Shown piece after piece: positions 28,529 to 43,200 of a DNA stretch of 64,000 nt. Below the pieces are notes generated by a model. The model had not been told where the DNA came from. It searched no databases and saw only the letters and a list, made by a program, of their open reading frames with translations. Both the position numbers and the translations under genes were made by a program. The stretch lies in contig OX597821.1 of the NCBI GenBank assembly GCA_951406725.2, positions 67,828,001 to 67,892,000 on the forward strand, read 5' to 3'. Numbering within the stretch: the first letter of the stretch is position 1; every line of letters starts with the position of its first letter. The DNA is from Octopus vulgaris. Lineage: Eukaryota.

Positions 28529-28970
28529 CATTACAGATATAGGGTGAAAGTTATTTAATTTAATAAAATTAACAAATTTCACCTAGTAGTATTTCGGTAT
28601 GGAAAAGACCCATATTCGGTAAAAACTTATACAAAAAGTTTTTTTATATATAATTATAACAATAAGGGTTTTGCAACAAGTTGCTTGACCACAAACCGAA
28701 AATTTTAGAAATAGCAGCTAAAGGACTACTATTTCCTTTTTCTACAAAAATATGTCTCCACAGACAACAATAATTTTTAACTCACGTATGGCAAAAAAAA
28801 AAGAAGAAAAATAATGAAATCACACAGTCTTCGATTAATTATGGACGTAAGTTTCTGGATTAGAATCATAAGATTCATTTCCTTCATCGACATAATATTT
28901 CGATAAATAAATCTAGAAATGCTAGGAAAATTTACCCCTTATATTTCCGACCAAGCGACATCGAAAAATA
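28525..28970 (-). mobile_element. HHR-bearing element adjacent to (TA)n
   Basis: Shares TTAGAAATAGCAGCTAA with 45.1 kb and GTCGCTTGGT...TAAGGG(G)T with the 13-kb unit. Confidence 0.7.
28831..28903 (-). ncRNA. Type I hammerhead motif, core UCGAUGA
   Basis: AUUAUG-UCGAUGA-A-GGA-aau-GAAUC-uuau-GAUUC-uaa-UCC-A-GAAAC-uuac-GUC-CAUAAU. Confidence 0.8.
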
Positions 28971-29152
28971 TAAAAGCTAATCAGCATATCCACATTTGTA
29001 TACACGAGTGAATTCGTATTTCCTTCCAAATTTTTCTACAATGTGAGTCACAAAATAGTACTGCCGTACGTATGTGCGTATGTATGTATATATGTATGTA
29101 CATATGTATGTTTACCATTATTCAGTTTATTTCAAGATTTTTTGCCACTAGA

Positions 29153-29201
29153 GAAAGAACCGGTTTCTAACCTAGATCCAAGGTTCCTTTATTGGAATTT
29201 C
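29153..29201 (-). ncRNA. Degenerate hammerhead in a short insert within (TATG)n
   Basis: CCAAUAA (mutated core), AACCU/AGGUU stem, GAAAC-CG-GUU, with AAUAAA downstream. Confidence 0.5.
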
Positions 29202-30418
29202 AACATCAACAACAGGGTATTTTTGTTTGTACGTATGTATGTACGTACGTATGTTTGTATGTATGTATGTATGCATGTATGTATGGGCAGATTTATATCT
29301 TTTATGTATGTATTCTCATGCATATAGTTACATATCAAGATATGCTCATATATATTTAAATGATATACTTCTGGAAAATTTTACAGACTTGTATGTATGC
29401 ACGTACGTATGTATGTATGTATGTATGTATGTATGTATGTATGTATGTATGTATGTATGTATGTATGTATGTATGTATGTATGTATGTATGTATGTATGC
29501 ACTTATGTGTACTGGTGTATGTAATGTCCTGGTTGTAACCAACGCGTTTCAGCCATAACATTCCACCTCTTCAGATAATACCACCATTACAATTAGGCAA
29601 AATGGCGTTCATTCTTTATGATAGTAGCTTGTGATTCGACAAGAGTTTAGCTATCTTATATAGCAAGAATGTCTCTCTTACTTGCTCACCTCTAAAATAC
29701 CCCTAATTGAATACGTAAGTGAGATAAAGTTAATTAGTTTAACAAACTACAACGAGTAAATCCATTCTTTCCATTACTACAATGACTGCCTGAGTGTGTG
29801 CAAATGCGCGCTTGTATGTGTGAGTGTGCGTGTGCATTCGTATGTATGTGTCTAGCCTCATAAACTCGCTCATAGACTACAGAATAAAAATACCTTCTGT
29901 TATTAGAATGCTACTATATCGTGCAAGTAATGATATATTGTATAGCGTGTTGTGTCGAAGTCTGTACATGGTGACATTTTCGTTCAATGTCTCGATGTCT
30001 TGTTTCTTTATGATTCGCTTTTGCCATTGGTGGCTCAATAAACTGTTGTTAGGACTTAATATATTCATAATGCACCGTATTTCTAAGCACCGGCGACGAG
30101 CTGACGTGACTTCACTGACGTTCTCGCAAGTTAATATATACATATACATTGATGTATGTGCGTAGGTATGTATGTATGTATGTATGTATGTATGTATGTA
30201 TGTGCATATGTATTATGTGCGTACGTATATATATATGTATGTACGTATATATGCATGTCATTATTCAGATAGATAGAGTGATAAAGAGATAGAGAGATAG
30301 ACAGACAGACAGACAGACAGATAGATAGATAGATACATAGACAGACAGACATATAGATTAATAGACAGACAGATAGATAAAGATAGATAGATAAAGATAG
30401 ATAGACAGACAGACAGAC

Positions 30419-30512
<94 letters not shown>

Positions 30513-31097
30513 GTACATATATACATACATACATATATACATACATTCATACATGCATACGTACATTCATACATGCATGCGTACATACGCACAAGCATAT
30601 ATACGTACGTTCGTATGCGAGCACGCACATACATACATGCATACATAGTACATACATACATGCATACATAGTACATACATACATGCATACATAGTACATA
30701 CATACATGCATACGTACGTACGTGCATACATACATACATACATACATACATACATACATACATACATGCATACATACATACAAGCATGTATATAAAAATA
30801 TATAACTCACAGGAACATGGCGTTATTACTAAAGCATTATCTCACGCTATTTGGAGAAAGACTGCTCATGGAAAAGTATAAACAACATTTACGTGTCAAC
30901 GTCAAGAAAATATCATAGAACATTTCCAGCAAAGACTCCGCGTCAGAAAAAAAATAAAAGACAGCTATGTTCGGTCAATGAGCCAAGCTACCCCTCAGAT
31001 GTGAACATTCTTCCAAGATCAACGATAAGGGAAATATTCATGGACGGCTGGTTCGAAACTTACAGCTTCTCCACGATGATTATAACATCATATCCAT

Positions 31098-31259
31098 AGG
31101 CGTAGGAGTGGCTGCGTGGTAAGTAGTTTGCTTACCAACCACACGGTTCCGGGTTCAGTCCCACTGCATGGCACCTTGAGCATGCGTCTTCTACTATAGC
31201 CTCGGACCGACAAAGCCTTGTAACAGGATTTGGTAGACGTAAACTGAAAGAAGCTCATC

Positions 31260-31309
<50 letters not shown>

Positions 31310-31319
31310 ATATATGTGT

Positions 31320-31371
<52 letters not shown>

Positions 31372-31560
31372 ATGTGTGTGTGTGTAAGTGCCTCAGTGTT
31401 TGTCGCTTGACAACCGATGCTGGTTTGTTTACGACCCTGTAACTTAGCGGTTCGGCAAAAGTACTAGGCTTACAAAGAATAAGTCCCGGGTCGATTTGTT
31501 CGACTAAAGGCAGCGCTCCAGCATGGCCGCAGTCAAATGACTGAAACGAATAAGAGAATA
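31098..31560 (+). mobile_element. SINE family A, full length, with expanded internal TA/TG tract
   Basis: Head, core and tail are all present. Confidence 0.88.
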
Positions 31561-31854
31561 AAACAATAATAGAAGAGCAATAATCGTTGGTGCACTCGTT
31601 GTTAATGCCTATGCGACAATCTGAAGACGCTAAGGTTGTTGAGGGAAGAAAGAAACCGGTTCACGCTGACTTTACAGATGCAGTCTGTAAGTGAAACTGT
31701 AAAAATATACAAGGCTTTCTTAAAGTCCAATATGCAATATCGTTCTTTTTATTCAAACGCTGTTGATGTAGCTTGTATTTATACACATATATACATACAC
31801 ACACGCATGCATGTATTCATGCATACATACATATATACATACACACACATACGA

Positions 31855-32075
31855 TACTCTTTTACTCCTTTACTCTTTTACTTCTTTCACTCATTTGACT
31901 GTAGCCATGCTGGAGCACAGCCTTTAGTCGAGCAAATCGACCCCAGGACTTATTCATTGTAAGCCTAGTACTTATTCTATCGGTAACTTTTGCCGAACCG
32001 CTAGGTTACGGGTACCTAAACACATCAGCATCGGTTGTCAAGCGATGTTGGGGGGGACAAACACAGACACACAAG
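31855..32075 (-). mobile_element. SINE family A tail half
   Basis: Near-identical to 33400-33615, including the flank. Confidence 0.82.
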
Positions 32076-32568
32076 CTTTGTCTTCTTGGAATTCTAAAAT
32101 CTGAATAAGAAGTGAAAAATGCCTGCGTATTTAAGAAAGTCAATTTCCAACTACGTGGTTTCGGGTTTCACTCCCATCCTGTGACAGGGTGGGCCGATCA
32201 ATGCGTTATGAGAGAATTTGGTTGACCGGAAATTATGTGGAAGACCATCGTGTGTGTGTATGCGCGCACGCGTGTGTGTATGTATATATGTATGTATATG
32301 TGTGTATATATGTATATATGTATATGTGTCTGTGTGTGTGTGTTTATGTATCATTTTGTCTGTGTCTCTCCCCATCATCGCTCGATAACCAGTGTTAATT
32401 CCTTTCCGCCCACTTAACTTTGCGGTTCGGCACAGAATCCGGTAGAATAGGTACCATACTTAAAAAATATGTACTGGTATCGATTTCTTCGACTAAAACC
32501 CAGTATGGTCTCAGCCTAAAGCCTGAAATAAGTAAAGGATAAAAGATACATACATAATACATACATGC

Positions 32569-32571
<3 letters not shown>

Positions 32572-32601
<30 letters not shown>

Positions 32602-32847
32602 TGTATGTATGTATGTATGTATGTATGTATGTATGTATGTATGTATGTATGTATGTATGTATGTATGTATGTATGTATGTATGTATGTATGTATGTATGT
32701 ATGTATGTATGTATGTATGTATGTATGTATGTATGTATGTATGTATGTATGTATGTATGTATGTATGTATGTATGTATGTATGTATGTATGTATGTATGT
32801 ATGTATGTATTATGTATGTATGTATGTATGTATGTATGTATGTATGT
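32572..32847. repeat. (TATG)n microsatellite
   Basis: Near-pure tract of about 275 bp. Confidence 0.97.
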
Positions 32848-33092
32848 ACCTGGAGCAAAATACAACTGGAGTTGAGCTCTTTGTGCGAGAATGCAAGACC
32901 TTAATTCATATGGTACAAATGATCTAAGGATCTGGACTGTAAAAATCGGCAAGACCTTCTTGGGGTTTAAAGTATGATGAACAAATAAAATGCTTTCCTT
33001 CACAACGTTGCTACCAAGGAGGCGGCCAATCAAAATGCATTCTAAATGAAAAACAGAGGGAACATGCATACATACATACATACATACATACA

Positions 33093-33124
<32 letters not shown>

Positions 33125-33399
33125 CACATACATACATACACACACGCATGCATGTATGCATGTATACATACATACATACATACATACATACGTACGTACA
33201 TACATATACACATACATACATACACACACGCATGCATGTATGCATGCATACATACATACATGCATGCATACATGTATGCATGCATACATACATACATGCA
33301 TGCATACATACATACGTACATACATACATACATACATACATACACACACGCATGCATGTATGCATGCATACATACATATATACATACACACACATACAA

Positions 33400-33800
33400 T
33401 ACTCTTTTACTCCTTTACTCTTTTACTTCTTTCAGTCAATTTGACTGTAGCCATGCTGGAGCACAGCCTTTAGTCGAGCAAATCGATCCCAGGACTTATT
33501 CATTGTAAGCCTAGTACTTATTCTATCGGTAACTTTTGCCGAACCGCTAGGTTACGGGTACCTAAACACACCAGCATTGGTTGTCAAGCGATGTTGGGGG
33601 GTACAAACACAGACGCACAAACATATACACACGCATACACACACACATACGATGGGCTTCTTTCAGTTTCCGTCTACCAAATCCACTCGCAAGGCTTTGT
33701 CGGCCCGAGGCTACAGTAGAAGACACTTGCAGAAGGTGCCATGCAGTGGGACTGAACCCGGAACCATGTAAGCTATTTACCACACAGCCACTCCTACGTT
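33400..33800 (-). mobile_element. SINE family A
   Basis: Head, core and tail are present. Confidence 0.87.
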
Positions 33801-33830
33801 TCCATTCACAAATAAATAATATGTGCATGC

Positions 33831-33965
<135 letters not shown>

Positions 33966-34019
33966 CAAACATATATATATATATATATATATATATACAA
34001 ACATACAAATATGTATACT

Positions 34020-34480
34020 AAAGCTCTTTCCATTGATTGCTGATTTTGTTGTGTTGAGCAGGTTACTGGAAAGGGAAAAGGAAATTATACGCGATAAACT
34101 GGGTTAACACAAGAAGATTTATACGGTTTGGATTATACCGATTTCATTGTATTGATAATTCCAGCTATGAATGACATACAGGAAATTCTAAACAGCTTCG
34201 TTACTGAAGGAAATGAGGTCGGACTAGTAATTAATAAAAGTAAAACAAAGATAATAGGAGCCAGGGATAACAATGCCCTTGATTGCAACAGAGAAACAGT
34301 AACGATTGAAGCCATACAAAACTATAATTATTTCGGCACCATTTTATTCAGTCTTTGTACAGAATTACAAGGGATCTTCAAGAAGGCCAAACAAGCAGTA
34401 AGAATTTTGGAACCAGTATAGATATCAAATTAAATATCATCACAAACGAAAGATAAATTTATAATATTAAATTTAACGCT
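34020..34480 (+). pseudogene. RTE-like LINE reverse transcriptase fragment
   Basis: LDYTDFIVL (LDYADD-like)...VGLVINKSKTKII...IEAIQNYNYFG, matching RT domains 5-7. Confidence 0.75.
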
Positions 34481-34930
34481 TTGCCTATCATGACTCCCTA
34501 TGCTACATATTTAAGATATCATGGAAGTTACTGGTGACTCTCCATGGTGATGTATATATTTTTTCTATTGAGCTTCACTTTACTGACTCCAACACTCTTA
34601 CACGGGTTTTAATAAAAGTACAGAATACATGTTCATATTTGATTTCTCGCGTGCTTTTCAATTTGGATGAATACAAACCGAGATATGTATATATATTGAG
34701 TCAAGACTATTGAAAAGGTCGCAAGACGCAACGAAACTTTTAGGAAAATAAAAATAAGAAATAAGTGGAAATTTTACCAGTGAATGTATCACATTATAAG
34801 GCACAAAAAGAAAATAACTCTCCCCAGACACAACAGGATATGCTTCAACACACGAACTCATATCTTGCAAGCCAAAACCAAAAATGAAAGATATAAAATG
34901 CTAAAATCATTTTATTATGAAGAACATATT

Positions 34931-34964
34931 AGTACCGGTTTCAGTCTCTGGGACTTTTTCAACT
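34931..34964 (-). ncRNA. Minimal hammerhead with U3-A8 core
   Basis: AG-UUGAAAA-AGUC-ccaga-GACU-GAAAC-CG-GUA-CU; a diverged inverted copy lies at 35221-35258 (+). Confidence 0.62.
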
Positions 34965-35274
34965 TTTTCAGCATGAAAGACGATTAAATTGCAGAAAAAT
35001 GAAATGAAATGTTTTTTAAAAATATTTCTATAGTTTTCAAATAGGTGGACATTTTCCTTTTCTCTGTCTATCTCTTTTGTACTTTAGTGAAGGCTCGGTA
35101 GGTAGGTAGGTAGGTAGGTAGGTAGGTAAGTATGTAGGTAGTTGCAGATCTGAAAAAATATTTAATATGAGGGATGTTGGTTCTCGTCTTGATTATTTAA
35201 ATTTTTTTCATGCTTTACTCTTTGTTGAAAAAGTCGCAAAGGTGGAAACCGGTACTAAAATATATATATATATA

Positions 35275-35430
35275 TCACGTGATCACGTGCCCGACTAGGC
35301 TATCAGATGTTACTACACATCGCTGGTCACAATGCGCTTCGCATTGTTTTAGCCTTCAAGTGACGCCATCCCGCTGGCTAAGCGAGCAGGCCAACAGAAG
35401 AAAGAGTGAAAGAAAGTTGCAGCGAAAAAG
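35275..35430 (-). mobile_element. SINE family D 3' part
   Basis: Homologous to 38642-38800. Confidence 0.8.
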
Positions 35431-35434
35431 TGGC

Positions 35435-35495
<61 letters not shown>

Positions 35496-35766
35496 CCGGG
35501 AGTGTGTGAGAGAGAGAGAGAATCCTGGAGTGCGGGGGTCATTGTAGACGAAAGCACTAAACTCTCTCTATTAGATGATGATGTTACGACTTGTCAAATA
35601 TCGGCAGGAAAAATGTGTATTTGTTCAGAAACCCAAATTATCATTGAAATATAAAAGCTTTCAATTAATATAAACTTGTAGAATTGAAACGATAAAATGT
35701 ATCAAAAGTATAAGTAAATATCAAATGCAAAATGCTCTAAATTTACATTAGTTGTTTTGAAATGAG

Positions 35767-35817
<51 letters not shown>

Positions 35818-35892
35818 TGATTGTAATTATTCATGTGATATTGATCTTCACGTCTGATGTGTTTCATGATTTAATTAGCAAATGTTCTTTAA

Positions 35893-36112
35893 CCCTTTTG
35901 TTACCAACCCAGCTGAAATTGGCTCTGGCTCTGAGTACAAATGTCTTGTTTTCATAAGTTTTGAATTAAAATCTTCCACCAAACCATAGTCACAATTTAT
36001 GTTCCTAAAACTTGCTGTATGATAACTAAGTTATTTTACTAAATTCTTTGTTATATTTAAAGTAATTGAAAGAAACACAGAGCATCTCAAAATAAATACA
36101 GTAACGAAAAGG
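35893..36112. mobile_element. piggyBac-type MITE
   Basis: TTAA-CCCTTTTGTTAC ... GTAACGAAAAGG-TTAA. Confidence 0.85.
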
Positions 36113-36403
36113 TTAAATTCTGTGAAAGCGTGTTGCCTAAGAGTTTGGGTACTGAGTTTACGACGGGCTCGACTGTCAAACCGGATAGAACGCTTTGTCC
36201 TTGAGCAATCCACTTCATTATTCGTTACTCCAGCACACTAGTCGGAAAGTGACTAACAGTGGCACTTGATTAACTCCAGAATCAATCCCGTGCTAGGTTT
36301 CAAGGCATTTAAATCAAACTCACTGCCTTGGAAATCCAGTTGAAATCCGGCTTCTTAAGCCAGTCGACTGGAGACAATCTTCAAGATTAAAACAACATAT
36401 GTA

Positions 36404-36956
36404 TTGGGTTGCCCGGAAAGTTCGTGCCGATTTTTAGACAAAAGAAAAAGGTCAATAAATACTTGCCATTACATTTTTAATCAACCAAATATGAACCATT
36501 TTGTTTCCTTTACTTTGGAAAAATATCCTCTTCCCAGAATTGAGGTGGTTTCATGGCAAAGAATTCATCAAGGTATCTTTTTACGTCATTCAAGGAATTG
36601 GAATTTTTACCATTAAGACTATTCTGCATAGACCTGAATAAGTGGAAATCCGAAGGAGCAATATCCGGTGAATATGGAGGGTGGGGTAACACATCCCAGC
36701 CGAGCTGCAGCAATTTTTGTCTGGTTCCCAAAGCATCAAGTGCCGAAAATAAACTTTCTTATCTTCCATTTTAAAGGGTTACAGAATTAACACAGGTTAT
36801 AGGAACATTAACCTTCTTCCACGAAAAGATAGCTTAAACGAAAAGATAGCTTAAATGGAGGTGTAGTCAAATCCTATTTTATGGACTCAACCATGTTCTA
36901 AAATAAGTCGAAAGGTAAGCTACTATAAATCGGCACGAACTTTCCGGACAACCCAA
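36404..36956 (-). mobile_element. Internally deleted mariner element
   Basis: TA-TTGGGTTGCCCGGAAAGTTCGTGCCGATTT / AAATCGGCACGAACTTTCCGGACAACCCAA-TA. Confidence 0.95.
36510..36731 (-). pseudogene. mariner transposase C-terminal fragment
   Basis: [30 protein letters not shown], the YSPDLAP motif. Confidence 0.95.
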
Positions 36957-38155
36957 TATTTATTACGGTATTTTTCAAAATTTTTGATGAGTTTTTCATG
37001 AATCATCTTTTTTTTATATATCTTCAAGTGTGACTTTGTGAATTGAATCTGTTACGCCAAGATTTTGAGGCTCTTATATATTTGCAAATGCAATGTTCTG
37101 AATTATTAAGCTCACACGCATGCGTAAATCAATGGTTCCCAAGGAGACAAAAACCGACCTCTGATGGGACGTGGGTGCTGAAATCGATGGTGTAGAGATG
37201 GACAGAATAATTCATTTAAGTTTAATTACAGATACTAATTTGCAAAACATAGTTTAAATGTCAGCCTCGACTCAAAATAGCCTGGTGTTTTCGTTTGGCG
37301 TACGATATGGGAAGTTTGTGGTAAGTAAGCTTAATTGAAACCAGAATACACTGGTGCACCAACACAAACATATTGTGTGATAACTAATGATGTAGTTATG
37401 TGTGTGTGTGACTGTGTGTACGTACATATCTATATATACATACATAATACACACTCATATATATCTATATATACACACACATGCCTACATCTATTATATA
37501 AAATCCGTTCTGTCTGTCTGTCTGTGTGTCTTCTAGGATCTCGGGCATCCATTCCAGGGATGGGGAAGTAGAAAAGAGATAAAACAGACATACAGAGAGG
37601 TAGACTGACAAACATTATCTTACAAATAATTCTGAAAAGTGGGATGTGCGACAGCCAATGAGTTTGCTCATTTGTATGTCATTGTTTTCTTAGTTACGCG
37701 TATTAATTAACTAATCCACGAAGAGAGCGGATTAGTGGAGAAAATGTACTTTTTCAACTGTTGCATGCTTTACCAGCGCTCTATTAAAGATTAATTTTTC
37801 ATTACTTTAACAACGGGAAATATACTTTTAATATTTATTCCAAAATAAGTGATAGTAAGTTTACTTTACTTTTAAATATCTATATATCGGCTTCTTTCGC
37901 TTCACGTTCATATTTCAAGTAACGATATATGATTATTGACTGTGTATTATATATAAACAAACAATACACTTCTTTTGTTTGGTTTGTATCCATAGCGTCA
38001 TAATAATGAGAATGATATGGGCTTAATTTTTCACTACACCTAAACATATATAGTGAAAGGTTTTTACGATGATATTATATTTGCTAACGAATAGTCACTG
38101 CATTAAAAATGTAATGAAGTGTGCGTATACATACATACATACATACATACATACA

Positions 38156-38267
<112 letters not shown>

Positions 38268-38641
38268 TTATAAGCAGTTTTGAGGGAATAATTTATCTCT
38301 GCTTTATAAATGTAGGGTTTTTTAACAATTGTATTTCAGCTTATAGCTCTATTCATCGTTTTCTAATATTGACGTTCCACCTTCCTTCATGTTGCATGTC
38401 TTGCCAACCTTCTTTCACATGCACGCCATATATATAGCTATGCATATACAATATAAGAATATATGATACGATGATATCAAATCAATGTAAAACATTGGAG
38501 TTAACTTGTTCGCAGTGATGTATGCATCTTCTACACCTGAAGAATTTCAGTATTAGTCTTGGAGTCCGACAGTGTTGATACCCCACAGTGCTTCATTGAA
38601 TAAACCTTATCTTTAACCCCATCATAACCTTAGATTTTATA

Positions 38642-38901
38642 TCACCGTGATCACCGTGACCGACCAGGCTATCAGATGTTGCTACACGTCGCTGGTCACA
38701 ATGCGCTTCGCATTGTTTTAGCCTTCAAATGACGCCACCCCGCTGGCTAAACGAGCAGGCCAATAGAAGAAAGAATGAGAGAAAGTTGTGGCGAAAGAGG
38801 ACAGTAGGGAGCGCCACCAGCTCCTGCCGGAGTCTCGTGGAGCTTCAGGTGTTTTCGCTCAATAAACACCAGCAGCGCCCGGTCTGGGAATCGAAACTAC
38901 G

Positions 38902-38903
<2 letters not shown>
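38642..38903 (-). mobile_element. SINE family D (family C head and body, different tail)
   Basis: GAGAGAAAGTTGTGG...GGTCTGGGAATCGAAAC is shared with about 17275-17393; the tail ends TCACGGTGATCACGGTGAT. Confidence 0.85.
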
Positions 38904-38973
<70 letters not shown>

Positions 38974-38976
38974 AGG

Positions 38977-39067
<91 letters not shown>

Positions 39068-39685
39068 ATAGACAGAGAGAGAGATTCATTCATAGGCACA
39101 CACTCGCTTGCATATGTGCCATAACAGACATTCAGACCTACATAAACTCACAACTATTGAGTCACAACTGAATTTATGTAGACACATATTCACATAAATA
39201 CATACATACACATACACAAGCACATTTAAATGCATATACACACATGCATTGCACACATACACACCTACACGGATGTACACTGGACATGTCACCGTTATAA
39301 AAGTAGTTACGCTGCTACGTATATAGACCAATATGTAACTGTTATTACAAGTGCTAGGTAAATCTGTCTCATATTTATTCAATGACATTATTATGGAAGT
39401 TTTAGAAGCTTCCAGCTTGCTAATCTAAACTAAATATTTATATGTCTGTAGTAGTTTGTGTCCGATGAATATAGAACAAGGGTCAGCTGTGTTTAATTAT
39501 TGGATGAATAAGACTGCATAAGTGTATATATGTGTGTCTCTGTTTATAAAAGGGTGTGTATTTAAAATGTGTGTGCGTCAGTTTATAAATGTATGTATGC
39601 GTGCATGCCATCTTTGTTGTGTGTCTGTACAGTATTTATGTATTTTTTCCAATGACGCGTATGTATATTTTTCTTTCATTTCGTG

Positions 39686-39732
<47 letters not shown>

Positions 39733-39737
<5 letters not shown>

Positions 39738-39976
39738 GGATGTCCACTACGTGGACATCCATTACGCTAGAAGTAGATCCGCTATGGTCTGAGAAAGGAA
39801 TGATCTCAAGAAAATTTAGCAAACTCCAGAACGTAAGCGGGCAAGACAGGCAAAGGGTCTTGCTCGCTTACGTTCTGGCGTTTGCTAAATTTTCTTGAGA
39901 ACATTTCCTTAGTGTTAAGACCATAGCGGATCTACTTCTAGCATAATGGATGTTCATTTAGTGGTCATCCCTCTTA
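39733..39976. mobile_element. Hairpin MITE with ~115-bp arms, TA-flanked
   Basis: ...CTAGAAGTAGATCCGCTATGGTCT...CAAGAC-aggcaaagg-GTCTTG...AGACCATAGCGGATCTACTTCTAG... Confidence 0.87.
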
Positions 39977-40089
39977 TATGTATGTAATATAATTTTTCTG
40001 AATCTTCGGGTTTTTCAATGTGCTAGGCCACTGGTTTTAAATTGATATTAATCAAATTAATATTCAATTTTTCGCCCTTATTATTTAAA

Positions 40090-40168
<79 letters not shown>

Positions 40169-40269
40169 GTATGTATGTATATATATATATATGTATTATA
40201 TATATACATATACATAATATATGTATGTATGTTGGTATGTATGTAGGTATGTCTTAATAATCACAATTC

Positions 40270-40310
40270 AGGTTAGTTGAAATATGTGACAAACATATTT
40301 CAACTAACCT
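40270..40310. repeat. Perfect 18-bp hairpin
   Basis: AGGTTAGTTGAAATATGT-gacaa-ACATATTTCAACTAACCT. Confidence 0.9.
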
Positions 40311-40353
40311 AATATGTGATTATACGTAACCACTGCTTGCGCCATTTCTTTGC

Positions 40354-40404
<51 letters not shown>

Positions 40405-40416
40405 CCATATATATGC

Positions 40417-40491
<75 letters not shown>

Positions 40492-41998
40492 TATATATAA
40501 ACACATATATGTGTGTATATGTGTGTGAATGTATGTATTATGTATGTACATATGTATTTGTCTCTCGTCTCTCTTTCCCACTCTCACTTTCTTTCTCTCT
40601 GCCTGTCTTTTTAAATCCTTGAAGCCGGTGGTTTGCTTTGCGAGAAGGGACTCAGTCCACAATAAGGGCCGAAATCTGTCGAGCTATTTTCCTTAAGGCA
40701 ACTATTCCATCTTTATTGAATTTTACCTTAAAACATCAACTTCCATGACATAACTTTGCATCTGTAAAATTCCCCGGGTAAAATACTTATTTAACTTTCC
40801 AAAATTATGCATTCAACATATATGTATCCACACACACATTCCCAAACAAGAAAGCGAGCCTTGTTTGTTTCGACCCACCAATCATCCACTATATTTTTAC
40901 ATAAACACCTCGTACCTGCGCAGAAAGACATATACCTACAACCAAAAAGATGTCTCTACTCACAATCTCCTATTATTATTGTGGACACGTACTTATTAAT
41001 ACTAACTGCTTCAAGATCTTCACACTACTAGACTAATTCTCATACCTGTATCTGTATATTAACTCGAATCATTGCGCCCTTTCAGTAAAGTGTAAATAGA
41101 AAGCACTAGTAATATGCATAGCTGTCCATATTAGTTTCAGTGCTATGTCAGATTTAAGTTTAACAGCTAATCGCTTTAACGACGTTTTTACAAGCATGTA
41201 AACACTTTGCGCAATTCTTACAGGAAAACCGATAACCTCTCATCAACTTAGTTCATTACACCTACATTTAAGCAGATTTTAGACTAATGTAAATTTTAAT
41301 ACAATTTTATGCTTCACATTGATATATGATATATTCTTAACTAGACTTTCACTCTAATGGCAATCTGTTTGTAGTATTAAAGTTGCAATAATAGTTAACT
41401 AGCTTATCTCTCTTTTGTCTTTCTTTCATTGTTCGCCTATACTTTAAACTCCCTACAAATAAAGATATTAACTTGAATATAAAACCATCGTTTTATTCCT
41501 ACATTTATTGACCTAGGATCAAAGACAGTATTATACCCTATATATTACTCACATTTGAATTTTAAAATTAAGTTTAGAAGTTTAACTATCTAGTAATATT
41601 CTTATCATAAAAATCTTAATACTATTTTTTCATAAAATTACCACGCTAAAACATCACTCAGATAGATCAGTGCATATCGGCCTTATCATAATCTATTTCA
41701 CTCAAGTTTATATCCGACAGAAGATAACGTTTCCCCGCTTGATCAATATCTATTTAAACAAATTTACGTCAAACATACATTTTCAGAAACCAATACCGGA
41801 AGAAATGAAAATCAAAATTACTTTCAATAAAATCTATATCCATGGAAATTATGTAAGAAGTTATTCTAAAAACAATTGCCTGTCATTGCAAGAAAATGAA
41901 CTCCTAAAGTTTTCCGCCATAAGCATGAAATATTCCCCAAAAAATTTTTTAGACACACAAAGTGTAAAATATTACCTTATAGCTACACAGTCTCACAT

Positions 41999-42059
<61 letters not shown>

Positions 42060-42351
42060 AATGCATGAGTATATGTGAGTGTATGTGTGTGTATGCCTGA
42101 ATGTATGTGTGTGTATACCTGAATGTATGTGTGTGTATACATGTGTGAGGAAAGATGTCGCTGGCCTTCTTGGCTCATCTTAATTTCAACATTAATCATT
42201 CGTCGCCAGTATACCAAACCAAGTTGTACTATGAGACCATGAATGCAGAAAACCAAAATACGCCAAGTGAAAGGTAAATCTAAATAAGTGTGTCGTTTGT
42301 GTGTGTATATGTGTGTGTTTGTGTGTGTTTGTGTAAGTATGTATGTATATA

Positions 42352-42408
<57 letters not shown>

Positions 42409-42849
42409 CTCTTTGTCTTCCGTTGTATCGTCAACATTATTGTCTGTCCGTGGGCGGTCCGTCAGCCAGTCGCTCGGTTGGTTGGTCACAAGAAACCCCA
42501 GTCAATCATAAACACCAAGAACGGAGCCTGCTGTGTATCGTACTATAAAGAAGCCGTCACAAAAAACACTAATATAACTTGGCTAAGATGTAAACCCTTA
42601 TTCGTGCAGTCTAACATCCATATGTATTTATGGAAAATTAAGCCTCGTAGTCCAACGACTGGGTTTGTATTTTCTTGGCAGCGTGGAATGTGTATCGAAC
42701 TGACGAGTTATCCTGTCCTTACGGCTAGAGAGGATTCTTTCACTTCTCTTTTCAAAAGAATGGATCGAAACCAGCTGTGATTTTGTTGTGTTGTTGATTC
42801 TGTTACTCTGTCGATTCTATTATTCTATTAACTCTGTTATCTTTATGGT

Positions 42850-43200
42850 TTGCTTGTTTCAGTCAATGGTCTGCGACCATGCTGGTGCACCGCTTTGAAG
42901 GGTTTAGTCAACCAAGTCGAGCCTGGGATTTATTAGTTAACTCCACTAATTATTATATCGGTTTCTTTTACCGAACCGTTATTTACGGGGACCTTAAACA
43001 GCCCAATAACAGTTGTCAAGCGCTGGTGATGAGATACAAACACGGGCACAAAAGGCTTATACATGTGCATGCATATGAATATATACGATAGGATTTCATA
43101 CAACTTCCGCCCGGTAAATTCACTCGCAAGGCCAGGGATTATAATGGAAGACACTTGAACCCGAAACTACGTGGTTGCAAAGCAAGCTTCTTAACCATAC
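42850..43200 (-). mobile_element. Diverged SINE family A
   Basis: CCATGCTGGTGCACCGC, ACCGAACCGTTATTTACGGGGAC, GAAGACACTTG. Confidence 0.65.

Noticed and set aside
34700-34745. UUGAAAA-GGUCGCAAGACGCAAC-GAAAC motif
   Set aside because: Stem II register is off and there is no clear stem I; possibly a decayed HHR but not supportable.
37488-37560. Helitron-like 5' end TCTATTATATAAAA...CTGTCTGTC
   Set aside because: No matching 3' hairpin or CTAG found.
40632-40686. HHR-like GCUU...GGCCGAAAUCUGUCGAGC
   Set aside because: No recognisable CUGANGA core.
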